From contig JALOQJ010000003.1 in NCBI GenBank assembly GCA_025453445.1, positions 23,369 to 87,368 of the forward strand: a DNA stretch of 64,000 nt, in the 5' to 3' direction. This DNA comes from Candidatus Omnitrophota bacterium. Lineage in GTDB: Bacteria; Omnitrophota; Gorgyraeia; Gygaellales; Profunditerraquicolaceae. The notes below the pieces were generated by a model, which was given only the letters and a program-made list of their open reading frames with translations, made no database searches and had not been told where the DNA came from. Both the position numbers and the translations under genes were made by a program. Positions 9,581 to 18,414 of the stretch are shown here, piece by piece; the first letter of the stretch is position 1, and each line of letters starts with the position of its first letter.

Positions 9581-9657
9581 CGCGGGGTGGAGCAGCCTGG
9601 TAGCTCGTCAGGCTCATAACCTGAAGGCCAGAGGTTCAAATCCTCTCCCCGCAACCA
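9581..9657 (+). tRNA. tRNA-fMet (CAT), initiator
   Basis: Cloverleaf CGCGGGG...CCCCGCA-ACCA, C1:A72 mismatch, CTCATAA anticodon loop, GTTCAAATC T-loop, encoded CCA. Confidence 0.97.
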
Positions 9658-9662
9658 AAACT

Positions 9663-9708
9663 AACCCCGTTTTTGCTAAATACATTTAAGCAAAGGCGGG
9701 GTTTTTTT
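9663..9708 (+). terminator. Rho-independent terminator after tRNA-fMet
   Basis: aaccccgtttttgct...agcaaaggcggggtt stem followed by a T tract. Confidence 0.75.
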
Positions 9709-9710
9709 GT

Positions 9711-9739
9711 TTGTCAAGCCCTGTAGTTAGCAGTATAAT
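9711..9739 (+). promoter_or_regulatory. Sigma70-type promoter for the histidine kinase gene
   Basis: TTGTCA-17 bp-TATAAT. Confidence 0.7.
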
Positions 9740-9770
9740 GCAACTAAGTAAGAAAACAGGAGGAATAAAA

Positions 9771-10763
9771 ATGGAAAAGAAGATTTCCGATAAAGAGAAA
9801 CACGAACTTGATTTAATCATGCGCGAACTGAAAGAGGATCCCTTCCGTAAATTTAACCTTGCCTTCTACCTGATGAGCCTGATCCCTTTTCTAGTGTTCA
9901 TTTATTTATTGGCGGCGAAGTTTTTTACCTGGAATATTTTGATCGGGGATATCGGTGTAATAATCCTCTCCGCAGCAATTATTGCTCTCTGTGGTTTTTA
10001 TATCGGCTACCGGATTATTAAAAGTATCCTTTCCAGAATGTTAGCCTATGCTATTCAGGCAAAACGCAGCGACGAACTGAAATCAACTTTTGTTGCCTCT
10101 GTTTCGCACGAGCTTAAAAATCCGATTCTCACCATTAAAATGAGCCTTTCTAATATCCGCGAAGGTCTTGCCGGCAAGATTTCCGAAGACCAGCAGAAAA
10201 TTATCGAGCTTTGTTACAGCATACTTGACCGCATGGGCCGCTTGATTAATGACCTTCTGGATGTGCATAAAATTGAAGCTGGGATGCTTGATTTAAAAAG
10301 AAGGCTTTGCAATATTATCGATATTCTCGATAAGCAGATCAGGGAGTTTGAAGCGATGATTAATCAAAAGCACATCAGGCTGAATAAAGAAGTTTTGCAT
10401 AAAGACCTCACCTTTTGGGCAGATGAAGATAAAATTACGCAGGTGGTGAATAATCTTTTAAGCAATGCTTTAAAATACAGCCCGGAAGGCGGCTCGGTTA
10501 CTCTGAAGGCAGATTACGAGGATAATTTTGTCAGGTTTGAATGTATGGATAATGGCCCGGGTATTCCTATGGATAAAATGGATAAGATATTCAATAAATT
10601 CGAAAGATTGAATATTACTAAAGAAGGTACAGGTTTAGGGTTGGCCATTTCTAAAGATATTGTGGAATTACATAAAGGCAAAATTTGGGTAGAGAATTTA
10701 CCGCAGGGTGGAAGTAAATTCACTGTGGTTCTACCGCGGGATTTAAGAAAAATCCCCAGATAA
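9771..10763 (+). CDS. Membrane sensor histidine kinase (HisKA + HATPase), no adjacent regulator
   Basis: SHELKNP H-box, NLLSNALKY, DNGPGI, GTGLGL; AGGAGG SD. Confidence 0.92.
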   Translation: MEKKISDKEKHELDLIMRELKEDPFRKFNLAFYLMSLIPFLVFIYLLAAKFFTWNILIGDIGVIILSAAIIALCGFYIGYRIIKSILSRMLAYAIQAKRSDELKSTFVASVSHELKNPILTIKMSLSNIREGLAGKISEDQQKIIELCYSILDRMGRLINDLLDVHKIEAGMLDLKRRLCNIIDILDKQIREFEAMINQKHIRLNKEVLHKDLTFWADEDKITQVVNNLLSNALKYSPEGGSVTLKADYEDNFVRFECMDNGPGIPMDKMDKIFNKFERLNITKEGTGLGLAISKDIVELHKGKIWVENLPQGGSKFTVVLPRDLRKIPR

Positions 10764-10776
10764 CAAGGAGGCTCAA

Positions 10777-11784
10777 ATGCCCAAAATCCTAAAATTTATC
10801 AGTATTATTCTTTTCTTCCTCAGTCTGTTCCCTATTGCTTCTTCTCAAGCTCAAACCACTGACCCTTCACCCTATGGCAGCTACCGGGAACTCAGGACTA
10901 AGAGAATGGCAATCGGATCTCTCTATACCTCAACTAAAGATTACTGCTGGCCGGAAGACGCAGGCTATACTTGCAGCCCAATTTACACTGACCTTGATAA
11001 CAATGGCTGGACCCCAGGAGAAGAAGATCTTGTAAGCCTTGTAGTCCAGGGTAATGTGGGGATTGGGACGACGAAGCCGGAAATGCGATTAGAAATTAGA
11101 GATGATAGAGGAGGTGCATCAGAAGGTACATATGTTCCTCTCCTAAAAATCGCACAGACCGATGACGCGATTAGAGGAACGATCGGCAATAGGGTGCTTT
11201 CCAACAATATAAGACAGGGATTAAAAATTTCTGCCTTGCAAAGCCTTACCCTCCATGCGCAGAACTACGATATTGATTTCCAAACAGGAACGGTTGCCGA
11301 TGAAACAAAGGATGACAATTTAGTAATGAGAATTAAAAATAACGGTAACGTCGGCATCGGGACGACGGAGCCGCAGGCAAAGCTGGAAGTTAACGATACT
11401 GTGAGATTTACTCCTCGCGCTTCAGAGCCTACCACTTGGGCCGCAGGATTAGGCGGAGAACTTGCCTTTTCTTCTATGTACGGTTCATTTTATTACTATA
11501 ATGGTTCTGCATGGGTAAAGCAGAGTGGCGGCGGAGTAGGTTTTACTTATTATTGTCATACAACTACTCAAACTTCCGGCAATAAATGTGTCGATGTGGG
11601 AGGAACGCAAAAATACTGCCCAAGCGGCTTTAAACAAATACAAGACCTCGGAGAATGGGGAACCTGTACTAGTCCATCTTTTGGATCACACTATGGTTTT
11701 CCCCCTGGCGGGGTGTGTTATTCCTCTTATGGTAGTTTTAGCAGGGATGTTGTAGGAAAGGCTTATTTCTGTGAGCAGCAATGA
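10777..11784 (+). CDS. Secreted fibre/adhesin-like protein with GNVGIGTTxP repeats and a Cys-rich C-terminal domain
   Basis: Signal peptide; GNVGIGTTKP and GNVGIGTTEP; YYYNGSAW; C-terminal domain with 6 Cys. Confidence 0.7.
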   Translation: MPKILKFISIILFFLSLFPIASSQAQTTDPSPYGSYRELRTKRMAIGSLYTSTKDYCWPEDAGYTCSPIYTDLDNNGWTPGEEDLVSLVVQGNVGIGTTKPEMRLEIRDDRGGASEGTYVPLLKIAQTDDAIRGTIGNRVLSNNIRQGLKISALQSLTLHAQNYDIDFQTGTVADETKDDNLVMRIKNNGNVGIGTTEPQAKLEVNDTVRFTPRASEPTTWAAGLGGELAFSSMYGSFYYYNGSAWVKQSGGGVGFTYYCHTTTQTSGNKCVDVGGTQKYCPSGFKQIQDLGEWGTCTSPSFGSHYGFPPGGVCYSSYGSFSRDVVGKAYFCEQQ

Positions 11785-12578
11785 GCATAAAGGTCTGGGG
11801 ATTCTTCTTCCTTTCCTTTTTATTTAATAATATTTGTTTTGCCTATGATATTAAGCTTTATCCGATCGAGCATTCTCTTGAATATAAGCCTACCCTTGAT
11901 TTAGTATTTTCCGGATTAAATTATCAGAATCAGAAAGTTTTTTTCAATGATATTGAAATATTCATTCAGAGATTAAAGCAAACCCGTCCGTTTACTGAAA
12001 ATTTTGGAAGAATAAAATTCTACTGTATTTATTTTTCCGAAAAAGAAAAAAACGTGATTTTTCAGCAGGTGCAGGGTTTTCCACCGTTAAAGGTACGCCA
12101 GGATTTTTTAGAAGATATTTTTGCCAGACTTAAATCTAATTATAAGTTAGTCATTATTGACGCTTCTGGTTTAACTTCTTGCGCAGAGTTGTCCAGCTCA
12201 GAGAAGGCTTCGTTAATTATTTTAGGTAAGGCGAGATATAAAGATAAACATAGTTTTGCCAAAGGCTTTTTGCATGAATTAGGCCATTCCTTAGGGCTAC
12301 GCGATGAGTGCGTTGATTGTCAGCAACTTCTTGCAGCCGGGCCGCCAAATTGTGCTGCTATTAGGGAAGATGCAGAGAAATGGTGGGGTGATTTGGTAGG
12401 AAAGGATTTAAGAGTAAACTATATTTCCGGTTGCTGCGGAAATAAAGACTATATACGGCCGACTATTGCTTCCTTTATGAATGACCCAGGCAAGGCAGAA
12501 GATTTTGGACCGGTTAATGAACGGTATTTAAACGAGTTATTAAAAAATAAAATAGTGAGTAACCCTTCAGGAAGCTAG
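11781..12578 (+). CDS. Secreted zinc metallopeptidase-like protein (M64-like)
   Basis: Signal peptide; HELGHSLGLRDE; Met-turn-like SFM; ATGA-coupled to the upstream gene. Confidence 0.65.
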   Translation: MSIKVWGFFFLSFLFNNICFAYDIKLYPIEHSLEYKPTLDLVFSGLNYQNQKVFFNDIEIFIQRLKQTRPFTENFGRIKFYCIYFSEKEKNVIFQQVQGFPPLKVRQDFLEDIFARLKSNYKLVIIDASGLTSCAELSSSEKASLIILGKARYKDKHSFAKGFLHELGHSLGLRDECVDCQQLLAAGPPNCAAIREDAEKWWGDLVGKDLRVNYISGCCGNKDYIRPTIASFMNDPGKAEDFGPVNERYLNELLKNKIVSNPSGS

Positions 12579-12633
12579 GGGACGTTTCTGGGTTTTTTAA
12601 ATTAGGGGGACGATTCTATTGCGAGAATCGTCC
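12578..12633. repeat. GGGGACG-type hairpin repeat or terminator
   Basis: ggacgattct-attgcg-agaatcgtcc hairpin then T-rich; partial copy ggggacgtttct upstream. Confidence 0.55.
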
Positions 12634-12646
12634 GCTTTTATTTTAT

Positions 12647-12675
12647 TTGCTAAAATAAGGCTTTTTTGCTACAAT
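12647..12675 (+). promoter_or_regulatory. Sigma70-type promoter for the pur cluster
   Basis: TTGCTA-17 bp-TACAAT with TG extension. Confidence 0.65.
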
Positions 12676-12697
12676 ATATTCCTCCTAAGGAGTTAAT

Positions 12698-13999
12698 ATG
12701 ATCGAACGTTATAGCCTACCTAAAATGCAAAATATCTGGCAGGATGAGTTTAAGTTTCAGTCCATGCTGGATATAGAGCTTTTTACTCTAGAGGCTTTAG
12801 CTAAACAAAAACAAGTTCCTTCTGATGCCGTAGCAAGAATCAAGAGAAAAGCTAAATTTAACCTCGCGCAGATTAAAAAAATTGAAGAAAAGACACAACA
12901 TGATATAGTGGCATTCGTCAGCTCCATAGCACAATATATTGGGGCTGATGCTAAATACCTGCATTTAGGCCTGACTTCTTCAGATCTTTTAGATACCACT
13001 CTTGGTTTACAATTGAAAGCTGCTTCAGATATTTTGATTGATGATTTGAATATATTACTTAAAGTATTGGCGCAAAAAGCTAAAAAATGCAAGGATATGG
13101 TTTGTATCGGCCGCACCCATGGCGTACATGCTGAGCCGGTTACTTTGGGCCTGAAATTTGCGCTTTGGTATGATGAAACTAAACGTAATTTAAAACGGCT
13201 TAAGGATGCTAAAGAAGAAATTTCAGTTGGTAAAATCTCCGGAGCAGTCGGTACTTATGCTAATGTTGGGCCGGAAGTAGAAAGTTACGTCTGTAAAAAA
13301 CTTGGGCTAAAGCCGGTGAATATTTCTACGCAGGTTATTCAGAGAGATATTTACGCGCAGTATATGGCAACATTAGCAGTGATTGCAGCTTCATTAGAAA
13401 AATTCGCCCTTGAAATTAGGCATTTGCAACGCACCGAGGTGCGCGAAGTAGAAGAGCCGTTTGCTAAAGGCCAAAAAGGTTCATCTGCTATGCCGCATAA
13501 AAGAAATCCAATAATCTGCGAACGCATTTGTGGCTTAAGCCGTATTTTACGTGCCAATGCAATGGTGGCAATGGAAAATGTTGCTCTTTGGCATGAGCGC
13601 GATATATCGCATTCCTCCGCAGAGCGAATAATTATGCCTGATTCTACAATTCTCCTTGATTACATGCTGCATAAATTTATTAATGTGGCTGAGGGGCTTT
13701 TGGTTTATCCTGAGAATATGCTAAGCAACTTGGTAAAAACAAAAGGTTTATTATTTTCCCAGAGAGTGCTTTTGAATTTGATGGATAAAGGCCTGCCTCG
13801 CCTGAAAGCCTATGATTTAGTGCAGCGTGCAGCAATGCAAGTATGGAAGGAAAATTTGGATTTTAAAGAAACGCTCCTCAAAGACGAAGAAGTCGCCCGT
13901 ATCCTCACAAGAAAAGATTTGGATAAGATTTTTAACTTGGATTATTATTTGCGCAACATAAACAAGATTTATAAAAAAGTCGGTTTAAGGCCCGCCTAA
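12698..13999 (+). CDS. purB: Adenylosuccinate lyase
   Basis: MIERY, GRTHGVHAEP, GSSAMPHKRNP, WHERDISHSS. Confidence 0.97.
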   Translation: MIERYSLPKMQNIWQDEFKFQSMLDIELFTLEALAKQKQVPSDAVARIKRKAKFNLAQIKKIEEKTQHDIVAFVSSIAQYIGADAKYLHLGLTSSDLLDTTLGLQLKAASDILIDDLNILLKVLAQKAKKCKDMVCIGRTHGVHAEPVTLGLKFALWYDETKRNLKRLKDAKEEISVGKISGAVGTYANVGPEVESYVCKKLGLKPVNISTQVIQRDIYAQYMATLAVIAASLEKFALEIRHLQRTEVREVEEPFAKGQKGSSAMPHKRNPIICERICGLSRILRANAMVAMENVALWHERDISHSSAERIIMPDSTILLDYMLHKFINVAEGLLVYPENMLSNLVKTKGLLFSQRVLLNLMDKGLPRLKAYDLVQRAAMQVWKENLDFKETLLKDEEVARILTRKDLDKIFNLDYYLRNINKIYKKVGLRPA

Positions 14000-14016
14000 G
14001 TTTTCTTATCATTACC

Positions 14017-16908
14017 ATGGGATATAAGATTGAAATTAAGGAAAGACCGGGAATTTTTGATGCTGTGGGTAATGGCGTCAAAAAAGACATCCTTGATTTG
14101 GGGATAAATTCCGTAGATCGGGTGCAGTTTATACAAATTTATCTGATTGAAGGCAATATTTCTCAGGATGAAGTAAAGAAAATCTGCGAAGATCTGTTGG
14201 TGGATAAAATCAGCCAGGATTATTCTATCAATAATTCTCAGCCTCCGGTAGCCCGCCGGAATGAATTTGTTGTAGAAGTTGCATATAATCCCGGAGTAAT
14301 GGATCCTGTGGAGTTGTCGGTATTAAAAGCAATTAAAGACTTGGGCATAGACGGCGCTGAGGGAGTAAAAACCGCAAAGAAATACCTGCTCAGGGGAAAA
14401 CTCTCTGCAATACAGCTAAAAACAATTTCTGAAAAACTGCTTTATAATAAATTAATCCAGCATATCGTCAGCTCTCAGCTTTCAGCTCTCAGCTTTCAGC
14501 CTGCCGGGTATAAATTTAATCTTATTACTGTTGATCTTTCAGGCGCTTCCGATAAAAAATTGGAAAAAATCAGCAAAGACGGTCAATTATTTTTGAATCT
14601 TAAAGAAATGCGCCAGATTAAAAATTATTTTAAGGGGTTAGACCGTAATCCCACTGATTGCGAATTAGAAACCTTGGCGCAGACTTGGTCTGAACATTGC
14701 GGGCACAAGACATTTAGAGGAAGAATAAAATATACTGAGCAAATTAAAGATTCAAAACCCAAAACAAAGTTAATAGATAATCTTTTAAAATCTACAATTG
14801 TTAAAGTTACAAAAGAATTGAAAAAGCCGTGGTGTGTTTCGGTATTCCATGATAATTCCGGAGTAATTAAGTTTGACGATAAATATAATGTCTGTTTTAA
14901 AGTAGAAACGCACAATCACCCATCGGCATTGGAGCCTTTTGGCGGAGCAAACACTGGTATCGGGGGCGTGATCCGTGATCCGTTAGGCACAGGTTTGGGC
15001 GCTAAGCCGATTTTAAATACTGATGTTTTCTGTTTTGCGCCGCCTGATTATCCGTTTGATAAATTGCCTCAGGGTACACTTCATCCTAAGAGGATTATGA
15101 AAGGCGTAGTTTCCGGAGTGCGTGATTATGGCAATAAGATGGGAATTCCTACGGTTAACGGTGCAGTATTATTCCATGAAAGATTTGTCGGCAATCCGCT
15201 TGTTTATTGCGGTACTGTGGGAATTATGCCTAAAGATAAGACTTTTAAAGAAACTAAAGTTGGGGATTTGATTGTAGTGGTAGGCGGCCGCACCGGCAGA
15301 GACGGAATTCACGGCGCAACTTTTTCATCCGGTGAACTGACGCATGAGTCGGAAACTATTTCATCCGGAGCAGTGCAAATCGGAAACCCGATCCAGGAAA
15401 AGAAAATGGTAGATACGATATTACAGGCACGCGACATGAATTTATATAACGCGATTACTGACTGCGGAGCAGGCGGCCTCTCTAGCGCAGTCGGAGAGAT
15501 GGGCGCTGAAATCGGGGCAAGAGTTGATTTAGATAAAGTGCCCTTAAAATATTCCGGGTTAACTTATGCGGAAATCTGGATTTCCGAGTCGCAGGAAAGA
15601 ATGGTTTTGGCAGTGCCTAAAACTAATATTGATCGATTGCTTGAGGTTTTTGCTGCGGAAAATGTTGAAGCTACGGTCATCGGAGAATTTAACCAGACAA
15701 AACGGCTCGAACTTTTTTATCAGGGTAATCTGGTTTGTGATTTAAAGATGAAGTTTCTCCACGACGGCCTGCCGCAGCTGGAAAAGAAAGCTGTATTTAT
15801 TCAGGAAAAACACAGAGAGCCGAAATTGCCTGAAACCCAAAACCTGACAAAAAATTTATCAGAGTTATTATCGCATTATGATATTTGTTCCAAGGAATGG
15901 GTGATCCGGCAGTATGATCACGAAGTGCAGGGTGGGTCAATTTTAAAACCTTTAATAGGTATTGTGAATGATGGGCCGTCTGATGCTGCAGTAGCACAGC
16001 CAGTATTAGGCTCAAAAAAAGGCCTGATTATTTCTAACGGGATAAATTTCCGTTTTGGTTTTATTGATCCTTACTGGATGGCGGCATCTTGTATTGATGA
16101 GGCCTTGCGCCAGATTATTTCTGTAGGAGGATCATTGAAAGAAGTGGCGATTCTGGATAATTTTTGCTGGGGTAATCCTGATAAGCCGGACAGGCTTGGT
16201 GGCCTGGTCAGGGCAGCAAACGGATGCTATGATATTGCTAAGGGTTTTGGCGTGCCGTTTATTTCCGGCAAGGACAGCCTTTATAACGAATACAGCGTAA
16301 ATAATAAATCTTTGCCCATACCCGGCACGCTTTTGATTTCTGCCATCGCTGTGATGGATGATATCGCGAAAACAATTTCTATGTATGCAAAAAAATCTGG
16401 TAATTTAATTTATGTAGTCGGCGATACATATGATGAATTAGGCGGTTCGCATTATTATGATACTTTGGGATTTTTAGGCAATAATTGCCCGCGTGTAAAT
16501 ACCAAAAAAGCAAAAGAGGTTTTTAATGCTTTGAGTGCAGCATCATCTGCGGGTTTAATTGAGGCAATGCATGATTGCTCAGAAGGCGGCATTGCTGTGG
16601 CAGCAGCAGAAATGGCTTTTAGCGGCGAGTTGGGAATGGAATTATTTTTATCGGAAGTGCCCTATAAAATGCAAAGCGTAAGGAATGATTCTATACTATT
16701 TTCTGAATCAAATTCCAGATTTATTGTTGAAGTAGAAAAGAAGAATCAGAAAGCCTTTGAGCAAGAATTGCAGGGAATATCTTTTGGCTTGATTGGCTGT
16801 TTATCAAAAGATAAAAATTTTAAGGTGCACAGTATAGAGGGGAAAATCTGTATTGAAGCAGGGATTAATCAATTAAAAGAAGCATGGCTTAAACCATTGA
16901 GGTGGTAG
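14017..16908 (+). CDS. purL: FGAM synthase PurL with fused N-terminal PurS-like domains
   Basis: WSEHCGHK, KVETHNHPSA, DCGAGG, SESQERM, GKDSLYN; PGVMDP PurS-like motif at the N-terminus. Confidence 0.96.
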   Translation: MGYKIEIKERPGIFDAVGNGVKKDILDLGINSVDRVQFIQIYLIEGNISQDEVKKICEDLLVDKISQDYSINNSQPPVARRNEFVVEVAYNPGVMDPVELSVLKAIKDLGIDGAEGVKTAKKYLLRGKLSAIQLKTISEKLLYNKLIQHIVSSQLSALSFQPAGYKFNLITVDLSGASDKKLEKISKDGQLFLNLKEMRQIKNYFKGLDRNPTDCELETLAQTWSEHCGHKTFRGRIKYTEQIKDSKPKTKLIDNLLKSTIVKVTKELKKPWCVSVFHDNSGVIKFDDKYNVCFKVETHNHPSALEPFGGANTGIGGVIRDPLGTGLGAKPILNTDVFCFAPPDYPFDKLPQGTLHPKRIMKGVVSGVRDYGNKMGIPTVNGAVLFHERFVGNPLVYCGTVGIMPKDKTFKETKVGDLIVVVGGRTGRDGIHGATFSSGELTHESETISSGAVQIGNPIQEKKMVDTILQARDMNLYNAITDCGAGGLSSAVGEMGAEIGARVDLDKVPLKYSGLTYAEIWISESQERMVLAVPKTNIDRLLEVFAAENVEATVIGEFNQTKRLELFYQGNLVCDLKMKFLHDGLPQLEKKAVFIQEKHREPKLPETQNLTKNLSELLSHYDICSKEWVIRQYDHEVQGGSILKPLIGIVNDGPSDAAVAQPVLGSKKGLIISNGINFRFGFIDPYWMAASCIDEALRQIISVGGSLKEVAILDNFCWGNPDKPDRLGGLVRAANGCYDIAKGFGVPFISGKDSLYNEYSVNNKSLPIPGTLLISAIAVMDDIAKTISMYAKKSGNLIYVVGDTYDELGGSHYYDTLGFLGNNCPRVNTKKAKEVFNALSAASSAGLIEAMHDCSEGGIAVAAAEMAFSGELGMELFLSEVPYKMQSVRNDSILFSESNSRFIVEVEKKNQKAFEQELQGISFGLIGCLSKDKNFKVHSIEGKICIEAGINQLKEAWLKPLRW
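14466..14500 (+). repeat. Heptamer array (x5) inside purL
   Basis: cgtcagc tctcagc tttcagc tctcagc tttcagc; translated VSSQLSALSFQP in the linker after the PurS-like domains. Confidence 0.9.
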
Positions 16909-16910
16909 GT

Positions 16911-17579
16911 ATGGGAAAAATTAAAAAAATCAGAAGAATTAAAGATGATTTTACCAAAGAAGATCCTTGGCGGGTTTTCAGGATTATGTCAGAATTTGTT
17001 GATGGTTTTGAAGTGCTTTCTAGGGTGGGAAAAGCAGTGTCTATGTTCGGCGGCAGCAGAATTTCTGCCGGCCATAAATATTACAAACTGGCTGAAGAAA
17101 CTGCCTATTTATTAGCAAAAGCAGGCTTTGCAGTAATTACAGGCTCTGGCCCGGGGATCATGGAGGCAGGTAATAAGGGTGCACAGCGCGCTAATGGGCT
17201 TTCTATAGGCCTAAATATTCAGATTCCCACTGAGCAAAAAGCGAATAAGTATGTGGGTACACTTCTGGATTTTCATTACTTTTTTGTGCGCAAAGTGATG
17301 TTTGTTAAATACGCCAAAGCATTTGTAATTATGCCCGGAGGCTATGGTACTTTGGATGAATTATTTGAATCATTGAATTTAATCCAGACTGAACGTATTG
17401 GAAAATTTCCGGTTATTCTGATGGGGAAAAAATACTGGAAAGGCATGCTTAATTGGCTAGGTGATACTGTATTGACAAACAAGACTATCTCAAAAGGTGA
17501 TTTGGATATATTTACCGTTACGGATGATCCGAAAGAAGTAGTCAGGTTAATTAAGAAATTTTATGAAAAGAAATCCTAA
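16911..17579 (+). CDS. LOG family (TIGR00730) nucleotide monophosphate phosphoribohydrolase
   Basis: TGSGPGIME, FFVRKVMFVKYA, PGGYGTLDE. Confidence 0.9.
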   Translation: MGKIKKIRRIKDDFTKEDPWRVFRIMSEFVDGFEVLSRVGKAVSMFGGSRISAGHKYYKLAEETAYLLAKAGFAVITGSGPGIMEAGNKGAQRANGLSIGLNIQIPTEQKANKYVGTLLDFHYFFVRKVMFVKYAKAFVIMPGGYGTLDELFESLNLIQTERIGKFPVILMGKKYWKGMLNWLGDTVLTNKTISKGDLDIFTVTDDPKEVVRLIKKFYEKKS

Positions 17580-18354
17580 GGTTTGTGTATTAAGGACAGC
17601 AGGGACTAACTGCGATAAAGAAACTGCATTTGCTTTTGTGCAAGCCGGCGCGGATGCAGAATTGGTGCATATCAATAAATTTATTCAGCGGGAAAGGAAT
17701 TTTTCCGATTATGAGATTCTTGCCATTCCGGGGGGGTTTAGTTATGGGGATGATGTGGCAGCGGGAAAAATTCTGGCCAATGAATTGCGCACTAAATTAA
17801 TAGATGATTTAAGGCAATTCATTCAGGACGGCAAGTTGATTATCGGGATTTGCAATGGCTTCCAGATTTTAGTTAAAAGCGGTTTACTGCCTGGCAATGA
17901 TATGTTCGAGCAGGAAGTGAGCCTGGTTATAAACGATTCGGGGAAATTTGAGGATCGTTGGGTGTATTTAAAAAGTAAAAAGTCGAAAGTAAACAGTCAA
18001 AAGTGTGTCTGGACGAAGCATTTGCCGGAGGTAATTTATCTGCCGGTGGCGCATGGAGAGGGAAAGTTTATTGTTCAGGATGAAACAATTTTAAAAAAAC
18101 TGAAAGACAACAACGAGGTTGTATTTCAGTATTGCGATGAAGCGGGAAAATTAGCAGGCTATCCGGATAATCCTAATGGTTCGCTGGAGAATATCGCCGG
18201 TATTACTGATCAAACCGGCAGGATTCTCGGGTTAATGCCGCATCCGGAGAGGCATATCAGTGTATTACAGCATCCGCGTTGGATGGGTAAAAAAGAAGGC
18301 GATGGCCTGAGAATTTTTAAAAACGGCGTAGATTATATCAGGAATCATTTTTAA
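17563..18354 (+). CDS. purQ: FGAM synthase glutaminase subunit
   Basis: GTNCD, PGGFSYGD, GICNGFQ, AHGEG, MPHPER. Confidence 0.97.
   Translation: MKRNPKVCVLRTAGTNCDKETAFAFVQAGADAELVHINKFIQRERNFSDYEILAIPGGFSYGDDVAAGKILANELRTKLIDDLRQFIQDGKLIIGICNGFQILVKSGLLPGNDMFEQEVSLVINDSGKFEDRWVYLKSKKSKVNSQKCVWTKHLPEVIYLPVAHGEGKFIVQDETILKKLKDNNEVVFQYCDEAGKLAGYPDNPNGSLENIAGITDQTGRILGLMPHPERHISVLQHPRWMGKKEGDGLRIFKNGVDYIRNHF
17970..18004 (+). repeat. Heptamer array (nnAAAGT x5) inside purQ
   Basis: aaaaagt aaaaagt cgaaagt aaacagt caaaagt; translated KSKKSKVNSQK. Confidence 0.8.
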
Positions 18355-18362
18355 TATGTATT

Positions 18363-18398
18363 TGGTTGTAGCGGAGGTTTAAACCTCCGCTACAACCA
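18363..18398. repeat. 36-bp perfect palindrome, GTAG-type REP-like
   Basis: tggttgtagcggaggttt|aaacctccgctacaacca; 26-bp core identical to 39731-39756. Confidence 0.9.
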
Positions 18399-18414
18399 TG
18401 GCGGAGGTTAACCA

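Noticed and set aside
9663-9708. tRNA terminator as a CCCCGCCC-family element
   Set aside because: The left arm is ccccgttttt and there is no flanking duplication; an ordinary terminator explains it.
11500-11784. DGR variable region in the fibre protein tip
   Set aside because: No template repeat or reverse transcriptase in the window; cannot be supported.
12580-12697. Purine/ZTP/PRPP riboswitch before purB
   Set aside because: The predicted promoter leaves only ~15 nt of leader; no aptamer consensus seen.
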